Positions 39,660 through 52,300 of a DNA stretch of 64,000 bases are shown here, one piece after another (position 1 is the first letter of the stretch; the number at the start of each line of letters is the position of its first letter). The DNA is from Lepidodermella squamata (lineage: Eukaryota; Animalia; Gastrotricha): positions 4,092,001 to 4,156,000 of the forward strand of contig JBLDXI010000009.1 of the NCBI GenBank assembly GCA_047495785.1, given 5' to 3'. Position numbers and translations under genes: made by a program. The notes beneath the pieces are model-generated. The model made no database searches. It was not told the DNA's origin and saw nothing but the letters and a program-made list of their open reading frames with translations.

Positions 39660-42600
39660 ATGTTAGCCATTTTACTGCTGTTCAACCTGGTCAAAGCAGA
39701 TCCGTCCGTTCTCCACGCCCGTGAGTTTAATAATCCGGGCTTTGATTTATCGAATTTCTCAACACTGCGGGCTGTTCAATCGCAATGGGGCCAAACCGAC
39801 ATGCCTTCCCTTGCGAATCGGCTATATTACAAATTATTCGTTGTTTCTAACTACAATCCACATTTAAGGCCGAGGGGTCGTTATAATAAGCGAGTTTTAG
39901 AGGTAAAACTCGGCCTAAAATTGACTCAACTTCTCGATGTTGTAAGTTTAATTTCTAGCGATTTTTCTCGAATTTTTATTCAATTTTTGTTCAAGGATGA
40001 GAAAAATCAAATAATGACAACAAACGTATGGCTACGTCAGGAATGGTTTGACGAACAGCTACAATGGGACCCGACAGAATTTGGTGGCATTAAGGAGCTA
40101 TTTATCCCGCCGGAAAAATTATGGCTACCTGATATTGTGTTGTACAACAACGCGGATGGAAATTACCAAGTGACTTTGATGACTAAAGTCGCGTTGGCCT
40201 ATACTGGGCAAATCGTGTGGGAACCGCCCGTTATCTACAAAAGCAGCTGCCCTATTGATGTCGAGTATTTTCCATACGATCAGCAACATTGCCACATGAA
40301 ATTCGGAACGTGGACTTATGACGGTAAATTTTCTCGAAAATCCAAAATTTTTCAGAATAAATTTTCGTTGAACCAAATTTCCAAACTGGTTAACAGTCTC
40401 AATTCCGAATAATTTTGTTAAATTAGGATTAAGCTCTCAAAATTATGGACAGTCCTTGTAAAGAAAATTGCGTAGAATTTATTTGACATTTATTTGGTTT
40501 TTCTAATAATTAAACTTGAAATGTCCAAAAGTTGAAATAAAAGCTCTTACGAGCAAATTGAATATCCGAAATTTGGTTCCATTGAAAGTAGGACCCGTCG
40601 CTATTTTTATTTTTATTTTATTTTTTTATTTTTTATTTTTTAAATTCTGATCTATTTGTTTAGGTTTGGAGGTTGATTTGAGGCATACACAAGACCCTGG
40701 GAACGACACAGCCATTAAATACGTTGAAGACGCGATTGATATTTCGAGTTATTACGAATCCGTAGAATGGGACTTGTTAGCTGTCCCAGCCGAGCGTCAT
40801 TTAATCAAATACGAATGCTGCGAAGGTATGAATTATTTTTCCAAAAAATGAGAAAAAACTCAAATTTCGTTCTTTTTCAGAACCTTATATTGATATAACT
40901 TACAATATCACGATTCGTCGTAAAACTCTGTTTTATACGATAAATTTGATCGTTCCATGTGTTGCGATCTCATTTTTGACCGTTTTGGTCTTCTATCTGC
41001 CCTCGGACAGTAATGAAAAAGTAAAATATCTCAAAATTGCAGTTGCATTTTTTGAGTTTTTCAATTTTTTCTATAGGTTACTCTCTGCGTGTCGATTTTG
41101 CTCTCGTTGACTGTGTTCTTTTTGCTGCTCGCCGAAACCGTTCCGCCGACGTCACTCGTCGTGCCGCTAATCGGGAAATATTTGCTTTTCACAATGTTCC
41201 TCGTCACGCTTTCAATCGTGCTAACCATTATTGTGCTCAATGTTCACTTTCGATCGCCTGAACTCTACAAAATGTCGCCGTGGGTGCAAATCGTCTTCAC
41301 GGTCATGCTGCCAAAGTGAGCTCTTAATTCTTATACTTGTTACCTAGAATAGCATTATTTTATTTTCTATCAAAAATGGACGGGTCGCAATTATGCAAAT
41401 TGAAAAAGGGTCTTGAAGTGAGTGTCTCCCGACTCTGCTTATTTATCTTCTAACAAGCGAACAGGAACGTTTGAAATATCAATTCAGGTATCAATTTATA
41501 AATGAGTAATTGCAATGTCCACATTCCAAAAAATCTGAAAACTTAAGTGCCTGAAATTCGCGAGTCCGAGAAGAAAACATTGATTGAAATCATTTACATC
41601 AAATTTTCGATAAACGCTCCCATCGGAAACTTAGGGGAACCACAAAATCACTCTTGGTTGTAGTTGAAATTGTTGAAGCTTGCGATTGGGGAGATTTTCC
41701 AACATTTAGCATTTTGTTTCTTGAAATATCTAAAATAAAACATTTGAGAATGCAATGCTCGCCAGCGCTAACCGAACCTAGGAAATTCACCAAGTCACTC
41801 GTTCTGCCGCCCACCCCGCGAAATGAGAAATATTGATGCTTCCTTTCATCATGCGACCGCTTCGTCCTCGTAACATGCTAACATGAACCAAAGGAAATGT
41901 AATGATGCGGCACTCACTGCAAACTTTATTGATTAACGATTGGATGTTAAAGATATTAAGCAACGGATATTATAATTGATTGAAGCTTTAAATTGATGAT
42001 TCTGCCCATCTCTGGCATCTCACGCGACTCATCCGCCTCAGCTCATATTTGTCGATTGCAAGAACTACTAGGCTTTCAGGCATTTACACGACCTCATCCC
42101 CATCCAGCTGACGCAACTATAATTATAGCCACTTGGACAAAGCTGAATGCCGCGCGCCTGTTCCTGTGGCAGTTCTCGGTTGCTTGGCTGCGCTTCTGCT
42201 TGGCCGCTTTGAGCTCCGGCATTGCTGAAAATGGCTGATGAAACCTGAGCAAAATAACAGTAGAACAACATGATATTCATATATGAGCGAATAAACCTAC
42301 CAGAAGAGCTAGGATAGCTGCAAATTTAAGCATTTTCCCGTGGAGAAAAACTTGAAAATTATAGGAAGAAAACTTTAAAACGAAAAGATAGCGAATGATG
42401 TGAGATGCGCTGCTCATCTCGAAAAGATGTTCGTACTGCTGGGCAAACAAGATCGAACGCCAAACTTGAGGTGAATTCACGGACCGCTGAATGTCCCATC
42501 TTTCATGCTTCTACGCCATACTGCCATGATGATGTGAGATGCGCTACCCGTCTCGGAAAAATGTTCCTACTGCTGGGCAAATACGATTAAATGCCTAAAC

Positions 42601-44523
42601 TTGAGTTGAATTCACGGAGCACCGAATGACCCATTCTTCATGCTTCTACGCCATACTGCCGTTACTGGCACCACGTGATGAGTATTCAGCTAGCTACCTA
42701 AGAATAATTAATAGGAAGAAAATGATGAAATAAAGATGATGCTATGTTATGATGATGATGATAAATACTCATATGAAATGCTCAATTACTTCGCCTTTAC
42801 GAGTAAGCTGCACCTCAGTAGGGTTTTACCTCGTAGCTTAGAATTCAGCTTAGAATGTACCAAAACCGTTATTTGATAAGTACAGTGAAAGTTGTCTAAA
42901 CCGGGCTAAGGTCGTGCCAGGCAAAATCGTCCGGTTTAGAGAAAGTCCGAATTATTTTAAACACCGGACCGGCACGAAATACAGTGAAAGCCCGAATTTG
43001 CGCCCTCGGATTTTCCGCCAATTCGGATTTTACGCCAGGTTTTCGCGTGCCCCCCCCCCCCCCCCGGCGAAGGCAATGTAAAAGATGCTAAAGTACATCC
43101 GATTTCAAGCCACCGGATTTTACGCCAGGTTTTTTCGCGCAGCCATAGTAAGCCAAAACACATCCGATCTTACGCCAAACTCGGATTTTTGCCAAATCGT
43201 GCCAAAATTTGTATTTACGTATATAACGATATATCAGTTTCACAAGTTTATGAGTAAATATGCATGGCAAAGCACCTTAATTTTGCTAGTAAATTCATGA
43301 AACGAAGTGAGCAGCAATGCCCGCTCATGGCATAACAACTCCTCGGCAGTTTGGAATGCCCGAAAACAAATTAGATATTCAAAAGCAGCGCAAAAAGTTG
43401 GGGTGTATAGCCAATTAGCGCGCAGTTACATTCCAAAATGAAGAAGAAATAGATGCGCTAAGTTGCTTTCAAGTTTCAAGTGCGTTAAACCAAGGCGCGC
43501 GTAACATCAGCAGCGCTCGCGATTTGACGCGCCCCCATGTGGGTAACTGCTCTTTTGTTGTAGTCACCCGTGAACCGCGCGCACACTTATTATTTTTGCT
43601 TATCAATTGTGTTCACAATTGGAAGTTTTAATTTTTTTTCAAAATGTTGAGGCTACCCTTGTCGGGCGGTGCTGGCACTCTCTTCAAAATTATATGAAAA
43701 ATTGGCCTTTTATTGCATAAACCGGACTTCGAGCCCCAAATCCGTCCAGTTTATACCACCAGTCCGGTTTAGACAACAAAATTATAAAGAAAAGTCCACA
43801 CTTTCGGATGGGGCCACCCGAAATCGTCCGGTTTGAACAACTTCCACTGTGCTTTTTTTGATTATATTATTGCTTCGTATGCCACAGAGTTCTGCTAGTT
43901 TCCCGTCCAAGCGTGAAACACGACGAAGAAAGCGAGGACGAACTCGACTATGACCTCGAAAAGCTGACATCCGCCCTGAAACCTGTTCTCAACAACTTCA
44001 CGCCGATTTCCCAAACTCGCAGCAAAACTTCGCACAACTTCGACGCGAGTCACATTGTCGATCGCGGGCCGATTCGGGGTGCGAGGCGCAGCAAGTCTGA
44101 AATGGCGTCGCTGTGGTCGAGCCGGCGAACGGCGAGCCACGAAACGAACGATCTCGGCCATTTCGAGGGGACGTTTTTCAACGAATCTGGCGTTGAATCC
44201 TGCGTCTACGGCGAGTTTTACAACCAGTTTCCAGAAATTCGGCAGGCTGTCGCTGACATCGAAGATATTGCAGATCGGTTCAAGAGCATGAGACATCACA
44301 CAAGGGTAAGTTAGATTCGTTAGAACTTGAATTTCATTATTTTTGTGTTTCGAAGCTGAAAGAGGAGTGGAAGTATGTGGCGATGGTGCTAGATCGGCTT
44401 CTACTTTACATTTTCTCGATATCTTGTCTTCTCGGGTTTTTCGGCATCATTCTGCAGGCGCCAACAATTTACGACAGCCAAACTAGTGATTTGATCAGCA
44501 AATTCCGACATGAATTCACTTGA
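39660..44523 (+). CDS. Nicotinic acetylcholine receptor alpha subunit, cation-selective type; large intron 41316-43887
   Basis: [13 protein letters not shown], Cys-loop [66 protein letters not shown]. Confidence 0.95.
42068..42333 (-). CDS. Secreted 4-Cys toxin/AMP-like prepropeptide, copy A (69 aa); exons 42333-42301 and 42244-42068; nested in the nAChR intron
   Basis: [11 protein letters not shown]|[58 protein letters not shown]; 56-nt GT-AG intron; downstream AATAAA near 41925-41930. Confidence 0.8.
42883..43849. mobile_element. Non-autonomous Tc1/mariner(pogo)-type DNA element in the nAChR intron
   Basis: Imperfect terminal inverted repeats CAGTGAAAGTTGTCTAAACCGG / CCGGTTTGAACAACTTCCACTG, 5' flanking TA, internal GTCCGGTTT and CGGATTTTACGCC subrepeats. 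Confidence 0.6.
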
Positions 44524-44814
44524 TGAACGAATTCTTAGCTATAAAATGTTGGCAAGTTATTACGACTTGTGTTATTTTTTTGCTGTGCCTTTTCTTCATG
44601 CTTTATTTACAATTTATACAACAACACGTTTTCACTCGATCTGTACTGCGATTTGACTGAACGAAGGAAGATCTCTTTAAAATGTTACCTATGCCGTTTC
44701 TGCTATCTTCACTCAATAAAACTGTTTACATCGAATCGGGAATGTTTTCCGCAGTGTATGCTTCGGTCTTGAGAGGCCTTGCTGAAATTCTTCCAGGGCA
44801 ACTTCACAATACTA

Positions 44815-44886
44815 GGCACGGTGGCTCAATTGGGGCGTTGCGTATCTAAGGGATATCGCTCGGGACTGGGTTCGAGTTCTAGTGCC
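44815..44886 (+). mobile_element. tRNA-like head of a probable SINE or tRNA pseudogene
   Basis: 72 nt with A box TGGCTCAATTGG, B box GGTTCGAGTTC, T-arm and GGCAC/GTGCC acceptor pairing, but an irregular anticodon arm. Confidence 0.45.
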
Positions 44887-45340
44887 GGAACCAAGATCGA
44901 GTCCTTTCTTGGCCCCGCGGTTGTTTTACCAATCCACCGATTTGCAAAGGAAAAAATTGGGAGGCTGGGAGTGTCAGCTAGATTGCAACGGTCGATTCAC
45001 GTTACTACTTCTTCACCTTCACAAATTCAGTCGTGCGCCAAAACTGAGTTCAACAAAAGCTGTATGCTGTGTCTATTTTAGGCGAGTCGTTAGGCGATGT
45101 CGGCCACCCCGCTAAATGAGAAAAATTTCCCGTCCATCCTACAACCGCTTCTTAACTGCTTGCTAGCGTCAACCAAAGGAAATGTTGTGATGCATCACTC
45201 ACAGCAAACTTTATTATGGACGTTAAAGATATTAAGCAACTGATGATATAATTTATTGAAGCTTTTAATTGATGATTCCGCCTATCTCTGGCATCTCACG
45301 TGACTCATCCGCCTCTGCAGGCATTTGACGATTGCAGCTA

Positions 45341-45612
45341 TCAGGCTTTCACGCACGTACATGTTGTGACACCACCTGTTGTGACGCAACTGCTCTTATA
45401 GACGGGATATCTGCAGTCTGCACGAGCGGGGCCGCGCGCCTGTGCCTGTGGCAGTTCTCGGTTGCTTGGCTGGGCTTCTGCTGCTCGGTCAGCGGCAACA
45501 TTGCTGAAAATGGCTGATGAAACCTGAGCAAAATAACAGTAGACCAACATGATATTCATACATGAGCGAATAAACCTACCAGAAGAGCTAGGATAGCTGC
45601 AAATTTAAGCAT
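45341..45612 (-). CDS. Secreted 4-Cys toxin/AMP-like prepropeptide, copy B (71 aa); exons 45612-45580 and 45523-45341
   Basis: [11 protein letters not shown]|[60 protein letters not shown]; same 56-nt intron and flanks as copy A. Confidence 0.8.
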
Positions 45613-46692
45613 TTTCATGTGGAGAAAAATTGAAAATTATAGGAAGAAAACTTTAAAACGAAAAGATAACGAATGATGTGAGATGCGCTGCTCATCTCGA
45701 AGAAATGTTCGTACTGCTGGGCAAACAAGATCGAGCGCCAAGTTTGAGGTGAATTCACGGACCGCTGAATTACCCATTATTCATGCTTATGCGCCATACT
45801 GCCGTTACTGGCACCACCACGTGATGAGTATTTAGCTAGCCCCTCGATTTCGCAATTTTTTATATTCACCCTAGTCGAACCCACTAAATGAGTGAAACAA
45901 TTTGATGATACCTAAAATGATGAAGAGGAAGAAAATGGTGAAATAAAAATAATGCATTGCTAGATTGCTATGCTGATAATGATGATAAATACTCGTATGA
46001 AACGCTGCAACTCAGTATGGTTTTACCTCGTCCCCATTCAGCTTAGTTCTTTCACGGCGGATAGGACGATTTCGGAATTTCTACTTTGAAAATTCGCAGA
46101 AAATTGAATTTGATGAATTCTTGATCGCCCTTTTAATGAATATTGATTTTCGATGTTGGCTACAAGGTTCTGAGTTCTGAGACGAGGGCACCGTTATCTT
46201 GCATGTTAGCAATTTGGAAATTGAAAATAGTCAACTTGAGATTGAAATTTTCTTTTTTTCAACTTGAAATGTAATAGGTTTCTCATATCACCTATCTGAT
46301 CTTTTTTGATCCAACAAATCCGTGTCCGGCATAGTCTCATTGACCTCGTGTCAAATTTTCGAGCTGGAAATTTTGAAGTGACAATGCTATTGAAATTCAA
46401 TCAAACCGGCGGAATTCTTTCTATCCGCCCAGACTTTACAGGCGGAGTGCGTGATTTTTGTTCTGAAAAAACTGTCGCGAACAAAACTGGAAAAGTTAAA
46501 TTCAGATCTGAATGCTGAGCCTCTAAACTTTCGTAAACTAATTTTTTTCGGTTATATAAGTGGGTAAAAATCTTAGGAACATACAAGGGAGTAATTTAGA
46601 ATCTGATATTCCAAAACTGAAGGCACCTGACACAAAACTAGGGTGCTCGAAAAATCGCCTGAAATCAGCTGGGCGGATTAAACGGAAGAAAC

Positions 46693-47043
46693 CTTTTTTC
46701 CGCAGCAGATTTTTTTATTTTTTTTGTATAGCATATTTAATTTGGCTCTGAATCTCACGATTAAAGTTTATTTCGATAGCTGAGGATTAGGACTGTCTAA
46801 CAAGCTCGAAGTCCTTGATTTAGTATGCACCAACTTGGAGATACGCTGGTATGATTATGACGTCATCTTTCTTTTTTTCTCAAAAATCAAGCTATTGTTG
46901 AAACGTGAAAACGAATCGTTCGGCAGAATTTGGGCCTAAAGGTGCCCCTCGAATGCCGCTATCAACTGGAACAATTATTATTGTACTATATATCATGGCC
47001 TGGCTTGTATAATTGAATAAAAAAAATCTGCTGCGGAAAAAAG
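46693..47043. mobile_element. Small inverted-repeat-bounded insertion (MITE-like)
   Basis: CTTTTTTCCGCAGCAGATTTTTTTATT at the left end and its near-perfect reverse complement at the right end. Confidence 0.5.
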
Positions 47044-47082
47044 TAAAATCTGCTGCTGAAAAAAGAGCTATCCATTAAACAT

Positions 47083-47291
47083 ACCAGAAGAGCTAGGATA
47101 ACTGCAAATTTAAGCATATTTTATGTGGAAGAAAACTTGAAAAATTGGAAGAATATTAAAAAGAAAAGATGGTGAATGATGCGAGACGCGCTGCTAATCT
47201 CGAAAAGATGTTCGTACTGCTGAGCAAATAAAATTGAATGTTTAAATTTAGTTGAATTCAAGGTACACTGAATAAACCATTCAGCATGCTT
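47083..47291 (-). pseudogene. Third, truncated copy of the Cys-peptide gene (upstream region and signal exon 47117-47085 only)
   Basis: MLKFAVILALL followed by a GTATGT donor, plus about 170 bp upstream homologous to copies A and B; no second exon of its own found. Confidence 0.65.
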
Positions 47292-47772
47292 GTAGTTATC
47301 GAAAAGCAGAAGTTATCAGAAGAAAGGCTGCAATAACGGCTTAGCGATAATTTTGACAATTCCTAAATTCAACTTCCTTACAGCGTGGTAATCAACAGGG
47401 TTTAATCTATGAACACCTGTCACCATGCCAGCAATACCTGAAATGATTATGATCGGCTAAAGCTAAAGATCTACCGATGATGTAAGTAGAACAAGTCCTC
47501 GCATCTGTTCTTGATATACCAGTTCATTTTGATATCTTGGAATGATTATTCACCAGAATTAAGCACCAAGCGAGACTCCTATTTTTTCATGTTGTACAAC
47601 TGCACCGTTTAAATAATCTTCATACCTCAGACCTCAGACTACAGACTGAGCAGCGTTATTTACAGCAAAGCCCTTGCACCGTGGTTCTTATCTGATTCCA
47701 AAAAATTCGCATTAGATAACCAGCCCTTTAAAAGGGACGGCGAAGAGCCTTTCACCCTCAAACAAAGCAATT

Positions 47773-48738
47773 ATGTTTTCTGTAATTTTCACGATTCTCC
47801 TGATCACCGCCTCTGTGAGAGCCATCCCGTCCGGCTCCTGTGGCTTGAATAAGTACGGCAATTTCAGGAACAGGCTTAATGGAGGTTCAATCGAGTCATA
47901 CATAGTTGGCGGGATAACAGCACGATCCAATGATTACCCGTGGCAAGTCACGCTTCAGTTCATGAACCAGCAATGCAGGACTTTGGAGCAATGCCACGCT
48001 TGTGGCGGAACAATCATTAGTGATGAGTATATTCTTAGCTCAGCTCGCTGCATTATCTACTTTTCACCAAGCGGGAATGATCCACAAAATTGGAAGGTGA
48101 TCGCGGGCAAGCACGATTTGTCTACAACAGAGCCGAAACAAATGACTTACAATGTCAGAGAACTCATCATGCACGCGAGCTACAACCAGCCATCGTTTAG
48201 TGCCAATGACATCGCCCTGCTCCGGCTCTCTTCACGGATAACGTTCAATGATGACATCCAGCCTGCTTGTTTACCCTGGCCGAAAATTAGTGGCCTATCC
48301 AACGAGTGGGCGACTATCACTGGCTGGGGGAGAACAACCGCAGTCGGACCCGTTTCGACATTCCTTCAAAAAGTTACCCTGCCGACCAGGTTAAACTCCG
48401 ATTGCCAGCTTAACGTAAACGTGCCCATTACGAATGGAATGATTTGCGTTGGTGGGATGGGGGATAGGGGGATAGGAAGCTGTCCCGGCGATTACGGTGG
48501 ACCCCTAGTTGTTGAGATCAACAAGAGGATGGTGGTTATTGGTGTCAACTCATTTGGGGCCAATCAATGCTCGCAGTCGTCCAGTACTCCTGATGTTTTC
48601 ACTCGTGTTTCTGAATATCTGCAGTGGATTAACGATAAGAGCGAAGGTCGCGTCCCCTTACCAAGTTCGGCATATAACTTTCACTCAAATGTGTTCATGC
48701 TTCTGTTGCTCCTAGCTCTATGTCCGCTTTTTGATTGA
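47773..48738 (+). CDS. Intronless trypsin-fold serine protease homolog, catalytically inactive, probably GPI-anchored
   Basis: Signal peptide, IVGG, CGGTII, SSARC (His to Arg), DIALL, GDYGGP (Ser to Tyr), hydrophobic C-terminal tail. Confidence 0.9.
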   Translation: MFSVIFTILLITASVRAIPSGSCGLNKYGNFRNRLNGGSIESYIVGGITARSNDYPWQVTLQFMNQQCRTLEQCHACGGTIISDEYILSSARCIIYFSPSGNDPQNWKVIAGKHDLSTTEPKQMTYNVRELIMHASYNQPSFSANDIALLRLSSRITFNDDIQPACLPWPKISGLSNEWATITGWGRTTAVGPVSTFLQKVTLPTRLNSDCQLNVNVPITNGMICVGGMGDRGIGSCPGDYGGPLVVEINKRMVVIGVNSFGANQCSQSSSTPDVFTRVSEYLQWINDKSEGRVPLPSSAYNFHSNVFMLLLLLALCPLFD

Positions 48739-49334
48739 TTGAAACGAAGTAAAAGAATTTAGGCGGGAGTGTCAACATTTGGTGGCCTATAAATGAAAGA
48801 GAATTGGTCGTAAGGGTTTGGTTATCAGCTGCTAATGTAAGTAGAACTGCCGGTTTGACGGCTGCCCTCACTTGGTTACATCGCCGCCCTTAATCCACGG
48901 ATTGCGGTAGCCAACACAAACATATGCATGCTTGGCAGCCTGATTTTCGGCCTGGCATAATGCACTAACTTAAAATTCTGCTTATTGGCAATAACAATAA
49001 TATGACTACAGCTGCCGACGTCTGAGTTTTGCTGATATTCGAGCGAAACCTTTTGATATGTTTATCCACGCTCCAGATTTTGTATTTCTCACTACATACT
49101 GCTGAAAGCTGAACTGCGTGCTCCTTCAAGTTCAAACATTTTTTTGGCCGCGTGAACAGGCAGAATGCGCAACCCCGTGAATGAAAACCTCTGCTTAGCA
49201 ACTACCGTGAAAAGCAAAGTTTTCGAGAGTAAAAATATGACACTACTTATCTTATACATCTCTCAATAGCCCTTGATATCAGCTAGTGCGATTTGTGGAA
49301 ATTGTTATCAATCTTTCCAGGGGTGGTAATCACG

Positions 49335-52300
49335 ATGGCGAACAAAAACCACCCGCCAGCTTTGTTGAAGGAGGCAACAATGGAGTCGACTTTTGTCTCA
49401 GACCCCATTCCAGGGATGCTCTACGACCAGGAAGCTGGTATCTACCGTCGCGCAGTGCCACCACGCGATCTACCAGCCGTTCATGAGGAAATCCTACAGC
49501 AAGTCAACGACATAGAATCTCGTCTGTTATCGGTTGAACGCGATTTTTACGGCAACACAAATGACAGGCAGTTCATAAAACGCCTGGCTATGTTGATTAA
49601 ACCTGTTCAAGACGTGACAGATGTTATGGCGATATCGTCTCGTAAAGACATGGAAAACATCCTTATGGCGATTCGCGACAAACTGGCAGAGACGAAAATG
49701 GATGAAGCTGTCGCGCGATTGGAGGCTTACAACAAGAAGTTGAATTTTTACGTGCCGAAGTGCTTGAAACTCATGCAGGAAGTGTATGCGTTAACTCGCG
49801 AGACTGAGAAGTACTGCCAGAGCTTTTACGATTCTGAGACGATGGTCGAGTTGGGAACGGCTAAGGATTACGAGGAGATGCGCAAAATGTGAGCGTGAAT
49901 TCTATTTGCTCCAAGTTATACATGTTTTCAAGGGGAGCGAAGGTGAAGCTGTGTAACTTTTGGTAACATGGTCCCAAATTTAAGTATCCTTACCGTGAAA
50001 TTTTGTTGTTGCTTAATATCTGGCCGTAGAGAATCTATAATTGGCGCAAAGACCATAATCCTATACTCTTTCAATATTCATGAACTTTGCTACTCTGGTT
50101 CCTATTTCTATTCCTATTATTCCTCTATTCCTATGTCCTTACTTATTTCAATCCCTTTTTGCAATTCCTTTACTGATATTCTTGATCCATCTGTTACTAG
50201 CCCCAGTCATTGTAAACCTATTCTGATTTTCAACGCACCTACTGCCTCGATCTAATCCATACTCATATTCTCAAATCTGCTCCCTTGTCCCTTTTATTGC
50301 ATATAATCATTCCCTTTCGTATTCCCACGTTCTTTTCGGAAACCCTGTTCTGGTTCCTTTAGTGATTCCCATTCTCATATTCCTATTCCTATTCCTATTC
50401 CTATTCCTATTTCCCATCCATATTCCTAATAGGAATCCTATTCCTATTCCTATCCATATTCCTAATATGAATCCTATTCCTATTCCTATCCATATTCCTA
50501 ATAGGAATCCTATTCCTATTCCTATCCATATTCCTAATATGAATCCTATTCCTATTCCTATCCATATTCCTAATAGGAATCCTATTCCTATTCCTATCCA
50601 TATTCCTAATATGAATTCTATTCCTATCCCTATTTCCCATCCATATTCCTAATAGGAATCCTATTCCTATTCCTATCCATATTCCTAATAGGAATCCTAT
50701 TCCTATTCCTATCCATATTCCTAATAGGAATCCTATTCCTATTCCTATCCATATTCCTAATAGGAATCCTATTCCTATTCCTATCCATATTCCTAATAGG
50801 AATCCTATTCCTATTCCTATCCATATTCCTAATAGGAATCCTATTCCTATTCCTATCCACATTCCTAATAGGAATCCTATTCCTATCATTCCTATTCCCA
50901 ATTTCTAGCCAGAGTCTTGTTCCTATATCTTTGTCGAGTCATATTATGTAACTTCCGAGCGAACCTATGTCGCATTCTTCTGCTTGGTCCTTTTCCTATT
51001 ACCTTGTCTCTTGGAATGGCTCACTCTCAGGTTTAGCAGTTGTAACACAATTCAATGAGAAGATCAACTTTCCTACTTCATCTATATGATGATCAGCAAC
51101 GTTTTTAAATTTCCAGAGTATATCAATCCATCAACGAAAGTTTGAAGCGCTTGAAAGTAATGTGGCACCGTTACGACAACGGAACCGGCCTTGAACTGCC
51201 AAATTTCTCACAAGGAACAGCCAGCTTATCGTTAGAATGCGAATGCACCCGCCAGTTGTTCCTGCTCATGTTTCCTGAAGTTCGCGAAACCATCGTCGAG
51301 TCAGCCGAGAAGCTTCGCGAGTGGGTTAAAACCGACAAGAGCTTCATATCCTTCCTCGAGGGTGACCACACTTACCTTCGGGAAAACCTTGAATTCATGG
51401 ACCGCGAGTTGCAGAATTTAAAGGCGAAATACCACAATTCGGTGTCAAATGTTGAAGTTGTCGAAGAACAGCTACAAGATGCGGTTAGAAATTTCGGCTC
51501 AGGAAATGTCAAAGAAATGATTCGTGATCTAGTAAGAATTTTGATTGAATTTTCTTTAATTTCACGAAACTTTTTACAGACTAAAACCGACCAATCATTG
51601 CGAAATCGGCTGCGTGAACTTATGGGATATCACCATTCATTAGGTATGGACAAGTTAGGGGTAAAGCGAAGGATGAGGGAAAGGCCTGAAATTTCGGATA
51701 CGAAAGAAAATCGAGAACGAATCGAAGGTATAGCTGGTAACATGGTGGCAGTTGAGCATGAAATTCGAGCGGCTAAAAATGAAATCAAGCGTATCAATCA
51801 GAAGCTAATAATCGCCAGCGAATTCAACGACCGAAAAACGTTAGAAATTTAAATAAATTATTATTTTAAAATTTTGATTGTTTTTAATAATTTTCAGAAT
51901 GCTAGAGGACAAGCGAGCTAAGGCATTGAAAATGAAAACCGATCTGGAAAAGGAAATCAAAGATCTGAACGAGAAGCAAGCTAAGATGACGTCTCAAATC
52001 CAGCTGGCCGATGCAATAATTCGAATAAAAGGCGCCCCAAATGCGGCCTACAACATTTACTACAACTTGGCGCGAAAACCAACCGATCAGGATCCGGTTG
52101 TTCTGGCTTGCAATGTCGTATCGAAGCACATCCGCCATAAATGGCCGTTACTGTATAGATCGCTGCCGTTTCAAGGCCGCGGCAAGGAGGAAGTTGATTT
52201 CGATGTGCGGGAAATTAGCGATCGGTCACGCGTTACGACGGCTGATAGGGCTGATAAAGCACTTCAACGATGGCGGAGATATAATTCCAAAGCAAGGTGA

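Noticed and set aside
44815-44886. Functional tRNA gene
   Set aside because: The anticodon arm is irregular and there is no adjacent T-run terminator; a SINE head or pseudogene fits better
50380-50900. CRISPR array or telomere
   Set aside because: No unique spacers and eukaryotic context; the hexamers are not TTAGGG/TTAGG runs and the array is intronic
50362-50901. Low-complexity ORFs (IPIPIH, GIGIGFLL, RNMDRN repeats)
   Set aside because: They are translations of the intronic minisatellite in several frames
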